Assembly: GCA_964035545.1 (NCBI GenBank)
Contig: OZ037766.1
Coordinates: 31,052,773-31,116,772 of the forward strand
DNA length: 64,000 bases
Direction of reading: 5' to 3'
Source of the DNA: Bugula neritina
Taxonomy: Eukaryota > Animalia > Bryozoa
Shown here: positions 1 to 12,700 of the stretch, piece after piece
How the letters are laid out: each line of letters opens with the position of its first letter
How positions within the stretch are numbered: the first letter of the stretch is position 1
Notes under the pieces: generated by a model
What the model saw: only the letters and a program-made list of their open reading frames with translations
Told to the model about the DNA's origin: nothing
The model's database searches: none
Translations under genes and position numbers: made by a program

Positions 1-109
1 ACATATATTTCAGTCAATATTTGGCAAGTTGCACTAAAACTTGTTTGTTTTCATTTCCTAAGATTAATAATTCAAATTATTGTTGCATGATTTTTATTGA
101 ATATTTTAG

Positions 110-807
110 CCTGTTATACAGCATGGAATGTATGTAGTGTATATTGAAGAATTGTTCAAGTTTATACCAAGGGAGCGAATCTACATTAATCAATTGGAGG
201 AATATTCTCTTAACCAGGTAGTTTACATTTCAGTCACATGTGCAAATGCTGGCCAATCAATGCATTGCTCAGTTGCAATTTACTTTATAATTAAATACCT
301 ACTGTTATACATTTATTATATTTATTGTATGGAGTTGTCTTCTATTGTACTATTTGGCTACATGGAAACATTAGTAGTTACAATGTTATGCTTGATGACT
401 TATGGAACAATATTTACTAGCAACTGGTTAAGTATTTTATTGAATACATTTTATTAAAACATCTAAATCACAACAGCTCATAAACTTACATAACAATTAG
501 CACGTATTAATTTGTATTATTTCAGCTTTTCTCAAAATTAAATGAAAGCATTGCATAGAATAGAAGTCTTGAAATTTGTTTGTAGCTGCAGACGGCAGCT
601 AAAATGGTAGAATTCTTTGGAAGAAAACTGGACATAACAGAAGAAACAATTGCAACGTCATATAAAAGTAGGAACAAAGGCACTAAAACGGGCGTCCTCC
701 CAGAAACTTTGAGTAAACTGGACAATTTTTATAGACCTTATAATCAACGACTAGCAACTCTACTGGGTGATAAGAAATGGCTGTATAATGGAGAGGCTAA
801 GCAATGA
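110..807 (+). CDS. Carbohydrate sulfotransferase 15-like (GalNAc4S-6ST family), last two coding exons; 5' part lies outside the window
   Basis: Exons 110-217 (PVIQHGMYVVYIEELFKFIPRERIYINQLEEYSLNQ|gtagtt) and 586/592-807 (..KMVEFFG..LPETLSKLDNFYRPYNQRLATLLGDKKWLY..*), joined in phase 0. The G.Y..Y...L...PR.....LE.Y and L..FYRP.N..LA.LL.D motifs match the C-terminus of CHST15/HS3ST-type sulfotransferases. Confidence 0.75.
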
Positions 808-1222
808 TAGCTTTTTAATTATTTTTAATCAACATGCAAGCTAATATTAATTATTGTTAAATGCTCATATTTTACAATAATAATTCACTAACAAGCACAA
901 ACGACAGCAAACTAAGGGACTGTATTTATATTACACACAAAACCAGCCAAATTGTACTACAAAATGTGGCTGCTGTAATTTGAATTAACATAATTTACAA
1001 TTCCCATGTGGTTTCCAATTTCTTCATATGAAAGCTTTTGTGCTGAGAAGATGACTAACTTCCAGTTAGGCTGTGGGGTTATTTTCTTTATTTAATTTAG
1101 CAGATTTTTTATTTTAAATATTTTCCATAATATTGTGTTGCATTGTGTTATTACTTCAATTGGTCACGGCATTAAAAACCAATTAAATTTATTAAAGAAA
1201 TAAAAGCTTGCATATGATTGGT

Positions 1223-4200
1223 TCAAATGTATTCATCATCCATATCTGAGGTAAAGTCCAGGTGATCTACAAGACCTCCGTCCTTGTAACGCTGATTGAG
1301 TGACATAAACTGAATGATGAAAGCCTCCAGGTGAAATATATCCTTAGATCCTAGCTGTAGCCTGTGCTCATAGGTAGCAGCTATCTTCACCAACTCCAAC
1401 TTCAGTTTACCAGGAAGGGCTTCCAGAAGCTCATCAACCAGAGTCTAAAATAAATATCCACTCTGTATCCTTTATACATGGAAGTAAATGAAAATACTTG
1501 GTCAGCTCACATCCTATTGGCTAGATGCAACACAATCTAACCAATAATAGCATCCGTATTGTATTATATCGGAACACAACAGTACGGCCATTACACTTAC
1601 AGTTCTTATGGTCATACTTACAGTCACTATAGTTACACTTACAATCATAATAAATGTATGTACAATCTTTATAGTTGCACTTAGTCATTGTAATAGTACT
1701 TACAGTTATTATAGTCATACTTACAGTCATTATAGTCATACTTACAGTCATTATAGTCGTACTGGGTATCAAATGTATTTGTAGTTGATACAGCCGTTCT
1801 CTAATCTTCATCAGCCTGAAATTGTTTAACTTCATAAATTATAATGCAATCGGACCCTGTGACAAGGAACATAATTAGTAACACAGTCTATTTATTGCTT
1901 TGAGCATTAGGAAAGCAACTCCTAAATTTCAGAGTAGAATGATTACTGCAGTTGACAGCATTTAGTAGAGAACTGTCATTGGTTACAGTCATCCTCTAAT
2001 ATTAACTACAAATCTCTCATTACAACATAATGTATCAATATATTACCATATATCAATATATTACAATAGATCTACACCATATACGAACATAATATCATAT
2101 CAATATGTTACACCTTAAGTCATGCTGCAAAATAAATAATTACTAGAATAATTTAGACTTGAAGTTTTGTTCAAGTGTCCCAATCACAGCCTAGCACACA
2201 TGTTATATTAGACAGACATTTCTTTTGGCGTCACCTTAAATAATCATATAAAAATAATTATAAATACTTATGTTAGTTACAAAAATGTTTCAATTCATTT
2301 TTATAACCTTTCACTGTTGTAATCTTGAAATGCAAGCTGAGCCGTCTCTTGTATATACTGTTGCCATGGTAACGAAGGTACTGCTTGCCCTTTGCTAATG
2401 GGTTTCCTGTAAATGAGAGAAATGGTTCATAGCTTTTTTTAATTATAAAATTCATCCCTTACAATGGCATAAATATTGCTACATTATTATCAATACGTAA
2501 TCATTAAATAAAAACTATGCTGGTAAACTTATAGAAAATACTAGCAATCAACATCACTCTACACTTATTACTTAAATGAGATTTACTCAACTTATAAACT
2601 AAAAGTTAAAGTAAAATTGTGCTTTAAAAAAGCCCCATGATCCCAAAAGGCTGCAAAAAATATTTTCGATAAAAACAAGACATGCCAGTCATAAATTCGG
2701 AAAACAATAAGGACCAGTATATCTTTTACAACATAAAAGGAAGACATGCGACTGTGAACTGAATAATGGCATTAAAGCAGTTTACTCTTTAGTTTCGGAA
2801 ACACAAAAAGAATCTTACTGAGTCACATGACACGCCTCCAACATGAGAAGAGCTCTCCTCATATTTCTCTCCGACTTGACTACGATTTTCTCCGCGACAT
2901 CTTCGGGCAGAGTTATCCCCTCTTTGTGTGCCACCTCATTCAACACATGTAGCATCTGTAATGAAAGTTGGACCAGAGTCACTGAAACACAATCTAACTG
3001 AGGTAGAGCAGTAAATATGTGTTACAGTTGACCGAAGATGTGTCAAGGCTGACAGGGGAAGATATGGAACTGACTCTAGATATACAGAGTAGAGAAAGAA
3101 CTAAGTCAACTATTTACAAATATACAAAGTAAACATGAAGCCGACTATTTGCAGCTTCACAGAGTAGACACAAGCCTAGAAACACTGCCAGAATTCTCAA
3201 AAGTTTAGTATTTTTTCAAATAAAAAAACTGTTACACTACTGATATTTTTTGTAAGCAAACTAAATGTTCAACTGATTGACACACATGTAAACTGTAGCC
3301 AAAACAGTATTCTAAAACTGTTGATCGAGGTGAGTAATTTACAAACAGATTTTGAAACATGTCTTAAAACCAACTTCAGTGAAATTATTCAGTGTGAGTT
3401 TTCAGTTTGACTAGTCAATGTGATTATACAGTGTTACTAGTCAAAGTTCGACTAACCTCCTGTTTGGCAGGTGCTGCCACTCTAATAGGCAGGCAGCGAC
3501 TCCTGATGGCAGGTATGACTCGGCTAGTAGACGTACAGATGAGAATTAATCTGCACGAGGAGACGTACTTCTCCATGGTACGTCTCAGGGCGTGTTGAGC
3601 GTCCTTTGTAAGCTTGTCTACCTCATTCATTATGACCACTAGGGGGAGTTATACAGCAAGTTCTCACAACACAATAAGCTAACATGGTATTCAACTAACA
3701 TTAGCAGCGATATGTAAGATAAGATAGCTGGGAATTTAGGAGAAACTTCATATATGGTAAGATAACTTCAACAAAGTGTACAATGCCATAAAACAAATGA
3801 CAGTATAACTTTATATATTGAAAAACTCATTTTATGAAAAACAGTCAAAACACTCTATGAAATGAATTAGACATTGATTTTATCTGCTTTTTTAGTTTAA
3901 GCTCAATTACTTTTTTTATTTAACCTAATATTTACTTCATCACAATAGACCTAACGTATATAGCAGGTTATATATTTGTTGATTAGTAAATAAAAGAACA
4001 GCTTAATATTTTAAAAGCATGCAAGATGATGGCTAAAATAACTGAATTTTTTTTTAAAAAAGCAAATTTACTTCTTGAGAGTAAAACTCCTTTCATTACC
4101 TTTAAATCTTTTAGAGCCTGAAGTTCCACTACCGATACGGGCAGTTGACGCAAGATTCTTTATAACTTCCTGTATGACAACTCTATCGTGGATCCCGCAG

Positions 4201-5761
4201 TTGCTGTAAGAGTGATTAAAGTAGTTATTTATAGCACAGCTAATAATAATCATTTGTCATGTCCAGAGAATAATGGATAACGTGTTTATATTGATTATTC
4301 AATATCTCAAATAAAAAGTTTTTGGAAAAAATTAGCCAAAATATTGAAATTAAAACGACGTCTAACCTTGGGGTGACATCTACATGATAGTTTGTTGCGA
4401 TGGCTTTGAGTTCAACTTTAGCTCCAGATGGTGCTTTCATCTCCATATGCTCAAACCTCAGTTTGTCAATAGCCGACTCACCATAGACCTCTCGTAGAAA
4501 TGCCATAGCCCTGGTTTTTTTTCCTGCCCCACTCGGGCCATAAAACAGCAAGTGAGGAAAATCGCATCCTTCTTTCTAAAAATGACATCACAGAGCTATC
4601 CAATTAGTTTCCTGCGAACAAATCATGTAAGTTTCATTTAGACCTACTGGCAGTTTTATGCACAGAAAAAAAAAGAAGCTTTAAATCAAATATATAAAAA
4701 TTATTATTTATAAATTTACAACAAATATGGCCAGCTAATATTCTAAAAATATAAGATCAAGCATATTCCCTAGAGACTAGATCTGTGGTTAATCATATTG
4801 ATATTATTTTAAAATAAAATACCATATGCTCAAACTCTATTCAGGTTTATAGAAATACAATATCATAAAAATCAAACTCAGAGTTTAAGCTTTTCTATAC
4901 AGTTCACTAACACTAATCATTATACTTCTCGTGGTCATTAGAAAATCAAAAGGACTTCAAATGGAATTTTAATTTATAATAAATTTAATAATGATAGCAT
5001 AGTATTAACTAATACTAAAAGTAAAAATAATTAAAATTAGTAATTAAAACTAATACTAATAGTAAAAGTTTAAGTTGACCTAATCTAAAGTTACTGTTGA
5101 TAAATCAATAAATTCAAGTTACACTTACTGTTAGTATATATATTATATTATTATTATTATTATTATATAATACTAATAGTAACAATCTGAATCACAACGA
5201 CAATCACTTTGTGACAATTACAATGTGATTGTTATCCATATACTGATATAGAGCATAGCTGTAGCCTATGCCTATGGGCATAGCACTTAACTTAGCAAAG
5301 GTTGCAGATCTTCTATCAGTTACACTTACAGATTAAAGTTAATGTCTTACTTATAGTTATTGTTATGTTATTGTTATACTCATACTGGCCTGATGAACTT
5401 TGAGTTGAACTTAAATTTGATCAGTTAATGCTAAGCAATTCTTAAAGTTAAATTAAACATTGTGATCGTTCATTAGATCAACATATTTATATAAAAATCG
5501 TGCTAGTCACAATACACAAACTAAAACTCATTTACTCAAAGTGATTAATTTTTACTTTAAATTTGAACTGTCGAGTGAATATGCTATTGCTATACTTATG
5601 CTTAGTTTTACTGTTATAAAAAGGCACAATTTCAAATTCAATTTGAGTATCACTTCAATTAAACTGACCAATGCTATAAGTTGTTTCGCCTGTGAATCAT
5701 GATAACTCATTTGGTTCAACCTATGTGGTCGATGCTTGTCAACCCACAATTTTCCGCTCAT
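1223..5761 (-). CDS. RFC3: Replication factor C subunit 3 (38 kDa clamp-loader subunit), complete, 8 exons, 371 aa
   Basis: Exons 5761-5669, 4575-4367, 4203-4100, 3638-3457, 2955-2819, 2406-2308, 1815-1746, 1444-1223; all GT-AG with consistent phases. Motifs: [24 protein letters not shown] (Walker A), [67 protein letters not shown]. Confidence 0.97.
1690..1760 (-). repeat. 21-bp tandem repeat duplicating the RFC3 exon-7 splice donor
   Basis: Minus-strand unit ACTATAATGACT|GTAAGTATG, about 3 copies; donor copies follow positions 1746, 1725 and 1704. Confidence 0.8.
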
Positions 5762-5871
5762 TTTGATTTTGTAGGACAGAGACTGTAAGTGTAAGTGTAA
5801 GTGTGAGCGCGAATGTAGTGCTTAAAATTTAAAACAAACTTGAAATGTGTTTAATCAGCAACGTGCATTAG

Positions 5872-5879
5872 TTTCCCGC
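5872..5879 (+). promoter_or_regulatory. Candidate E2F site in the RFC3 promoter
   Basis: TTTCCCGC is the canonical E2F consensus and lies about 110 bp upstream of the RFC3 ATG. RFC subunits are established E2F targets in animals. A GCGCGAA half-site occurs near 5806. Confidence 0.45.
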
Positions 5880-6707
5880 GACGCATGCTCAAAGCACAGA
5901 ACTACTTATACATTGCATTCAATTGGATGTTCAACCGTGATCATAAATAACATGTTAAAGTTTTCGCTCCTTGCGCTTTTTAGACTTCAACGCTCTAGTT
6001 GGAAACACAACTCCAATAGCCATTTTAGAGAGAAATTCTTTGTAAACAGATATGGCGCAACAGTAATATTCCATTAGAATTCTACAGCACCACTATGTCT
6101 ATATATTATTTTTATAGTTAGAGGTCCATTTTCTGCATGTAAGGTCATAAGGGAAGGTAAAAGACATCACGTACTCTTTTTATCGTTTTATTGGTGAATA
6201 AATGAAAATAATGTAAGAATTTGCAACCACTAATGTAGCTGGGGTAGAAGAATGAATGCTGATTACGTGTATTGTAGATCAAAGCTATGTTTAAAATTTT
6301 TAAAATGCGCATTCTAATATAGCTTATTTGTGTTACAGATTTCAGTGATCACAAGAATTCATTTACAAATTATAAAGATGCCTACGTGAAACTATTTTTA
6401 ATAAAAGAAACAATTAGCAATAATATTTTACTTATAACATCATTATAATTGTTAATTGAAATGCTAACATCACAATGTGTTATCAAAATTAGTAGAATGT
6501 TGAATTATTGCAAGAATGTTAATTGCTTATAAAATGAGATGAGTACTTCTTCAGAATAATTTTGATTTATTTAATAATTATTAGTTTATTAGAGATTAAA
6601 AAATATATATATCACAACTACTACATTTCCTACATGCGTACATTGACTGTTTTCTTGTTGGCAGTATTTCACCTATTGTGTCATTTATGATATTACAGCA
6701 GTTCATA

Positions 6708-8003
6708 CTAACATAATTTTATCTTAGCTGGTCTAGTTTCTTTCTGTTCCAAAATTTTTTCAAAACAGGAAATAACTTTAGAGTTTCTCCGAGACTTAGC
6801 TAAGACTACTGGTGTAAAACCCTCTCTAAAATTCTTGATTTTGAGCAGCTCTAAACGTTGCTGTAATGAGAGATTGTTTAATAAAATTTTGAGTGGTTCA
6901 CAGTAGTCACTGTAGGCTACACAGTGTACGGGTGTATCACCATTCTTATCCTGGATAGCCAGCAGTCTGTATAAGTCAGCTGCCTTTACTGTGCCGACTA
7001 TGCATTCTAGTATCTTCCTGTGGCTATTATTCACTGCACAGTGCAGAGCTGTTTCATCAAAGTCGTTTTGTTTCGTGAGTAGTCTGTGTAGATCAGCCGC
7101 ATGTAAAGAGTCAACTATGTATCTCACCATCTCCGCACAGCCCTTTTTACCTGCTGCTTCGTGTAAAGCCGTGTTTCCACTTTTATTCGGCATGAGAAGT
7201 GATTTGTAAACCAAAACATTAGGTAAGCAGCCCAGCATTATCCGTATTGCTGAGGTGTGGCCATATCTTGCTGCTTCGTGTAAAGCTGTATCTCCATTTT
7301 CATTTTGTATTAGAAGCAGTTTGTACAAGCCAGCTGGTGATAATGACTTTAGCATTTGGTTCATAGTTTCTGGGTGACCTCTGGCTGCTACGCTGTGGAG
7401 AGCAGTGTTACCACCTTTATTCTGCATGGTAAGTAATTGGTAGAAATTTTTTGATGGCACTAAGCTTGCTATACACTGAACTATGTTGGCATAGCCGTAG
7501 TGTGCTGCATGATTTACCACCGTATTACCATTTACATCTGCCATAGTAAGTAGTTTATATGCATCAGGTGCTGATACAGAAACTAACATACGTTCTACAG
7601 TTTCAACATCACCTTTATATGCTGCGCAGTTTATGGCTGTGTTACCATACTTGTTCTGTATACAGAGCAGTCTGAATCCGTCAGCCTCTGGTACAGAGTC
7701 TACTATGCATTTCACCGTCTTTACGTGGCCATTTCTAGCTGCTTCATGCAAAGCTGTGTTTCCATCTTTGTTCTTTATAATAAGAATGTTAGACAAGGTA
7801 GAAACTGGCACAGACTGTATAAAACACTCTACTAGTTCTACGCTACCTGCCAAGGCTAGGAGGATAGTTAGTGTGTCCCCTCCATCCTCCTGATGACTCA
7901 TCACTTCAAGTCTCTCAGATGTTGGTAAGAAGCTCAGTATCAACTTGAATCTTTTCAAATCTTTCATCCGTGTTTTGAGCCGGTGAAAATTTCTGTCCGC
8001 CAT
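6708..8003 (-). CDS. Intronless ankyrin-repeat-only protein (431 aa, about 9-10 repeats of about 39 aa)
   Basis: Uninterrupted ORF with repeated N..G.TALH.AA..GH...V..I motifs. Clear paralogue of the ANK exon at 12741-14160: similar N-terminal cap and C-terminal TP..LAKS....C. Confidence 0.9.
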   Translation of the reverse strand: MADRNFHRLKTRMKDLKRFKLILSFLPTSERLEVMSHQEDGGDTLTILLALAGSVELVECFIQSVPVSTLSNILIIKNKDGNTALHEAARNGHVKTVKCIVDSVPEADGFRLLCIQNKYGNTAINCAAYKGDVETVERMLVSVSAPDAYKLLTMADVNGNTVVNHAAHYGYANIVQCIASLVPSKNFYQLLTMQNKGGNTALHSVAARGHPETMNQMLKSLSPAGLYKLLLIQNENGDTALHEAARYGHTSAIRIMLGCLPNVLVYKSLLMPNKSGNTALHEAAGKKGCAEMVRYIVDSLHAADLHRLLTKQNDFDETALHCAVNNSHRKILECIVGTVKAADLYRLLAIQDKNGDTPVHCVAYSDYCEPLKILLNNLSLQQRLELLKIKNFREGFTPVVLAKSRRNSKVISCFEKILEQKETRPAKIKLC

Positions 8004-9731
8004 TTCGTAGTACGCAACTATTTAATCACAGTGTATGGAATCTAGTAATTCTTAAAGCACATTATTGTGGCTGAAACCAGGAAAACTTTATGGATGAGTT
8101 CACAAGCATTAATATTGCGTTATGTGACACTCCTTTGGTGATTTCGTAAGACCATAAGATTAACTGCGAGATAAATTAGATTTTCGCCCAAAATTGAATG
8201 TAAAGATTCAACAATATATCAACAGATCTAGTGATATTTAGTTGTTTTTTCATTTGAAAAACAGTCAATGCTCAATAATGTTGCAATGCTTGTAGCTCTT
8301 GAGTCCCCAGAGTTGAATTTACACTCTCTATAAATGTGCTTATAGGTAAAAAAAATTAGTTTCTTCTATTGCAGGGGTGTCTAACCCTTTCAGAGCTTAA
8401 GGGCAGCTGAAATGCTTTTATAAATCCCAATTATTTACCGGTGCTTGTATAAGCTTTAGGCTAGGCTTTTCCACAAATACGCAGTTTTAGTCTATACCTA
8501 TGTAGATAACAGCTTTCCTGGTTTAAGAACCAGATGTGAAACATATTTTGATAGGGTTTTAAATAGTACTATATGCATACCAAATGCATGCACGCTGTAT
8601 AATTGGTACCAATTATTTAGTTTATGTATTCAGGTACAAGGCATTGTGAATATTTTTCCTGCAGCAAAAAATCTGTATTATCCTTGTAGCTGCAGCAGCT
8701 ACTGTTTGCATTAGTTTACAAACTTTAAAAATCATAAACAAATAAATATAACTCTTTGAATCTACTTTGAAACTGGCAGGCAGAGCCTGAATTAACAGAA
8801 CGAGAAACCTGCAGGTAATTAATTAATTTTTCACCAATAGTTTAAAGCTTGACTAAAAAGGCTTTCCTAATATGACCTAAACTTTAGTCAGTGAGTAATA
8901 CTGGAGTCTAAATAGATATTTTACATCTTTTTACTATAAGCATACTACATAGCTTTTATCTGAACCTGTTCTTATATATAAACTACAGCATTAAGTTAAT
9001 AAAAGTCATTGCATTGAGCAAAGAGTTGTTGTATTTTAAAGGATTCTTGAATTAGACAGAAACTAATGTGCAGTTTTCAAATTGAGCGAGTAAATAACTA
9101 CAATAACTAAATTTATTCAAAGTTATCTAGTCTCACTTTCATCATGGGAAGCAAGTCTTGCCTCTTTAACTCAGTGTTTCCTGAAGCAGGTGCTCTTTAC
9201 ATGTCAATTGTTAATCAACAACTACACCACCCTGGAAGGTCATGAATATGCAGGATGGTGATTGATTTTGGTTAGCTACAGTTCTATATTATTTGCTGCT
9301 TGTTTATTTACAATGTATTTAGAGCCATTAACGTTACAAATTACTTAAAGGGTTAAATAAGCAAAACTAGAATAAAACAAGTGTCACTGAAATAGTTGCA
9401 GTGAAAACCCACATTATACTATATAATTGAGAAATTAAAAAAAGTTATACTTATACAAGCTCATTAATGTAAACGCTCCAAGTATTAAAATGTTCAAACT
9501 TGTTGAAATGCAAACAAAAGCTGTAGTTCAAGCTTTAAATAAACAAATGCTGTATAACAAAAAGGTGGTATAGTGTTTAGAAAAAAATTTAAGAAGTAAA
9601 TTCTATTACAGTTAAAAACAGAAGCCATTTCTGATTAATTAGGAGAATGGTTAGTGTATGCTTCCTTAATTTGCTGTAAAATAATAACATGTTGCAACTG
9701 AAATGTTTCAGCACTATACTTCTATGCCTGT

Positions 9732-12700
9732 TTAAGGTGTTACAGGATTATATTTAGGAAAGAGAAAAAGTTTTCTTTTCTTGGTTGGAAAACATTCACA
9801 GGTTGGTTGTTGTCCTCCTATACTGAAATCTCTTTTAGATGCTTCAATACTTTTAGCTCTCACCATCTCTTTCACCTGTAGATAATAATATAACAAATAT
9901 TTATAAGTGTTATCTTAAGGGTTGTGGGTACTGGGTTGTAGAGCTCTTGATTACCACATAGTTCTTTAATTTGTTGTTTGAGTCAGTAACTATATTGAAG
10001 TGTAAGCCACAGCTTAAAGAAGTACAATAATACTTCTATAATATTTGAACAAAACTGAAGTTTTGAATGGTAATTATATACATGTATATTGTAGTCACAA
10101 TTGTCTCTTGGAGATCAGTGGACTAGAGCCACCAATCATAGCGTGGAATCAAACGCAGTGACTAGAAAAGCAGTTTTTTGGAGCTCTTTAAGCTGGCTAT
10201 CTATAATGACCATAATCTAGCAACCTAAATTTGTTATCATTGTCTACACTATGTTTCTTGTAAAAACTGTAAAACATTAATTAATATCCTAAATAATTTC
10301 ACTTGAAAACGAAAGTGAGATGACAAAATTAACAAGACTAGTTCAAATATTCATTTAGTTTATTAGATGTATGCTACAAGTAAACTAATAGTTGAAGTAT
10401 TAGACTAGTTTATATATACATACATTGTTATATTATATGTGCAAAAGCCATCAGTGCCAATGAGTGAACTATAAAGAAGTTCTTATTCATTAAGCTTTTT
10501 TAACTCTAATGCTACCTTAGGCGTATACAATTTTACCTCTTCAAATATAGCCTGTATATCTTTGTCACAAGCATGGTTGAACAGAGAGACAGCTAGGGAC
10601 CGTATCATCCAGGTCCCCAGTCTTGTATGTCTGGCTGATCGGTAACCTAAAATCATATTATTACGACCAGATTGTAAATTATTTAGTCATCCTGGTAACA
10701 GCTGATGTTATTATTTAGTTAATTTTTTCCAACGTATTCATACCTTTCCACATTTACTTTTCCATATTTTTAGCATCTACATAAAATAATTACCTAGAAA
10801 ACTGGCTCTCAAAATAAACATGTCATCAGTGGCCAAATGGTCGCCAGGAAATGGCTTCTCTGTCTTAACTTCCTGTGTAGGTTCAACAGTGTCGTCACAA
10901 TAGAATCCTAAACTGTCAGGTTTTTCTGTGAACAAAATCCAGTTGGTATTCGTGCATGTCAATATTATGTAATGCTGATCACACACATTATGATACAGTA
11001 TGAATTATCACGTTGCACATTAATATATTACTATATTACCACACTACCACATCACCACATTAATATAATATTACACGTTACAACATTACACCTTTTCACA
11101 TTATACACATTCTTACAATAATTTAGCACATTACCACATTACTATCATAATGTAATAAAATCAGTAAAAACTCAACACAAACTCACCCCCACCACAGGCC
11201 TGTATAATAATAATCTTAGGTTTGCCAACCATCGACTGGAATCTATATGGAGACATCAAATCAAAAATGTCTGTCATCTTGATTGGGCGGCCATCTCGTC
11301 CATACAGAAAGTTTTCTGCCCCATGAGTCATGATGACTAATACACTGACTCCGAGTACTTCATAGTCAGGATGGTGTGTTTCTCTCTTTATGTCTGCTAG
11401 CATTTGCTTTATTGAAAAGGAGAACAAAATTTTGATATCTCCAACCAGTGATCTATTTTTATTAAAGTGCTTAAAAGTCAGTCTGTTTGGCAGCTTTATT
11501 TTCTACTTTTCTTAATAATTAATTTTTTTTCTAGCCTCTCATGTTAGTAAACAATACGTAGAAACCAATAGATTTGTTTGACCATATAACATTTAATACA
11601 ACTCACCTTGCTAGTAAGGTTAGTTTTTAGCTCACAGTCAAAGCTTAGCTGTTGAAACACATTCAAGATGTTCATCACATCAGTCTCAGAGCCATCTCTG
11701 TGTTCTAGCTGAACCTGACCAGGAGCTGGAGTGGCAGGTTTGTCAAAGTACCTGTTGTTGATAATCAGACATCTTCCTCTCACAGGTGCTGACATTCTGT
11801 ACACCTGTTTATAAACATAGTTTGGATATTTTTAACAGTTTTAGCGTATAACATTTCTTCTGAACCAATAACAACAGCTTTAGTTTGGTAGTATTTTATT
11901 AAAGCCATAAGTCTTAGTAGTTGGTTAAAATGCTTTATATAATGTTTATTATAGGTACATTTACGATTGATGACTAGAAACTGAAAAGCAAACAAAGAAA
12001 GGTATTAAATTGGAGTGTTAACGTAAAGACATCACAAAATACATGCGCATAATTTCACTACTATACAGCTATGGACCAAAATGTAGCCAAGCAGTCTGTT
12101 ATGCAGCAATAATAATAGAATTATGATGAAACAAAGCTTTTTAGTAGTAAAAAAAGTGATATAATAATTATTTCAGAAGTATTTAGAACAACAACATGCT
12201 ATATAATATCATGTCATAACAAATTGCATACAGATTTTTACTTTTGGTGATGTATTACAAAGAATATTTTTGCCATTAAATATATGCATGATTTTTTACT
12301 GATTCTTTGTAAAGTTTTAATACTTATTGTACATGTTCTGAATTGAATTTTTCTTTTGCAAAACTCCCCATAGAAGATATCATGGGGAGCTGAATGGCTG
12401 CATTGCTGTCCAAATTGTCACTCAAGCTGGTCTTGTCTAAATATTTGAGATCTGCGGTCAGTCTTTCAAGCCCTGTGAGAATATAGTAGGCCTATATATA
12501 CTCTGAATTTACTGCCTATGTTTGACTGAGTAAACCAACTGCACCGATTATGAAATAGATATTTTTTCAAACTAAAACTAATTGACATGTTTCCAGAAAA
12601 TTACTCATTTGTTACAAAATTCCAATATAAGCGGTTTCGTCTGACACTGTATTTTAGGCTTCCAGTCCAATTAGATTAAAACATCAACTGATTTGTTAAA

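Noticed and set aside
8372-8410. CAGGGGTGTCTAACC hAT-like terminus
   Set aside because: No matching second end or TSD found.
12365-12390. Small hairpin CTCCCCAT..ATGGGGAG in the caspase linker exon
   Set aside because: An 8-bp stem within coding sequence; too short to interpret.
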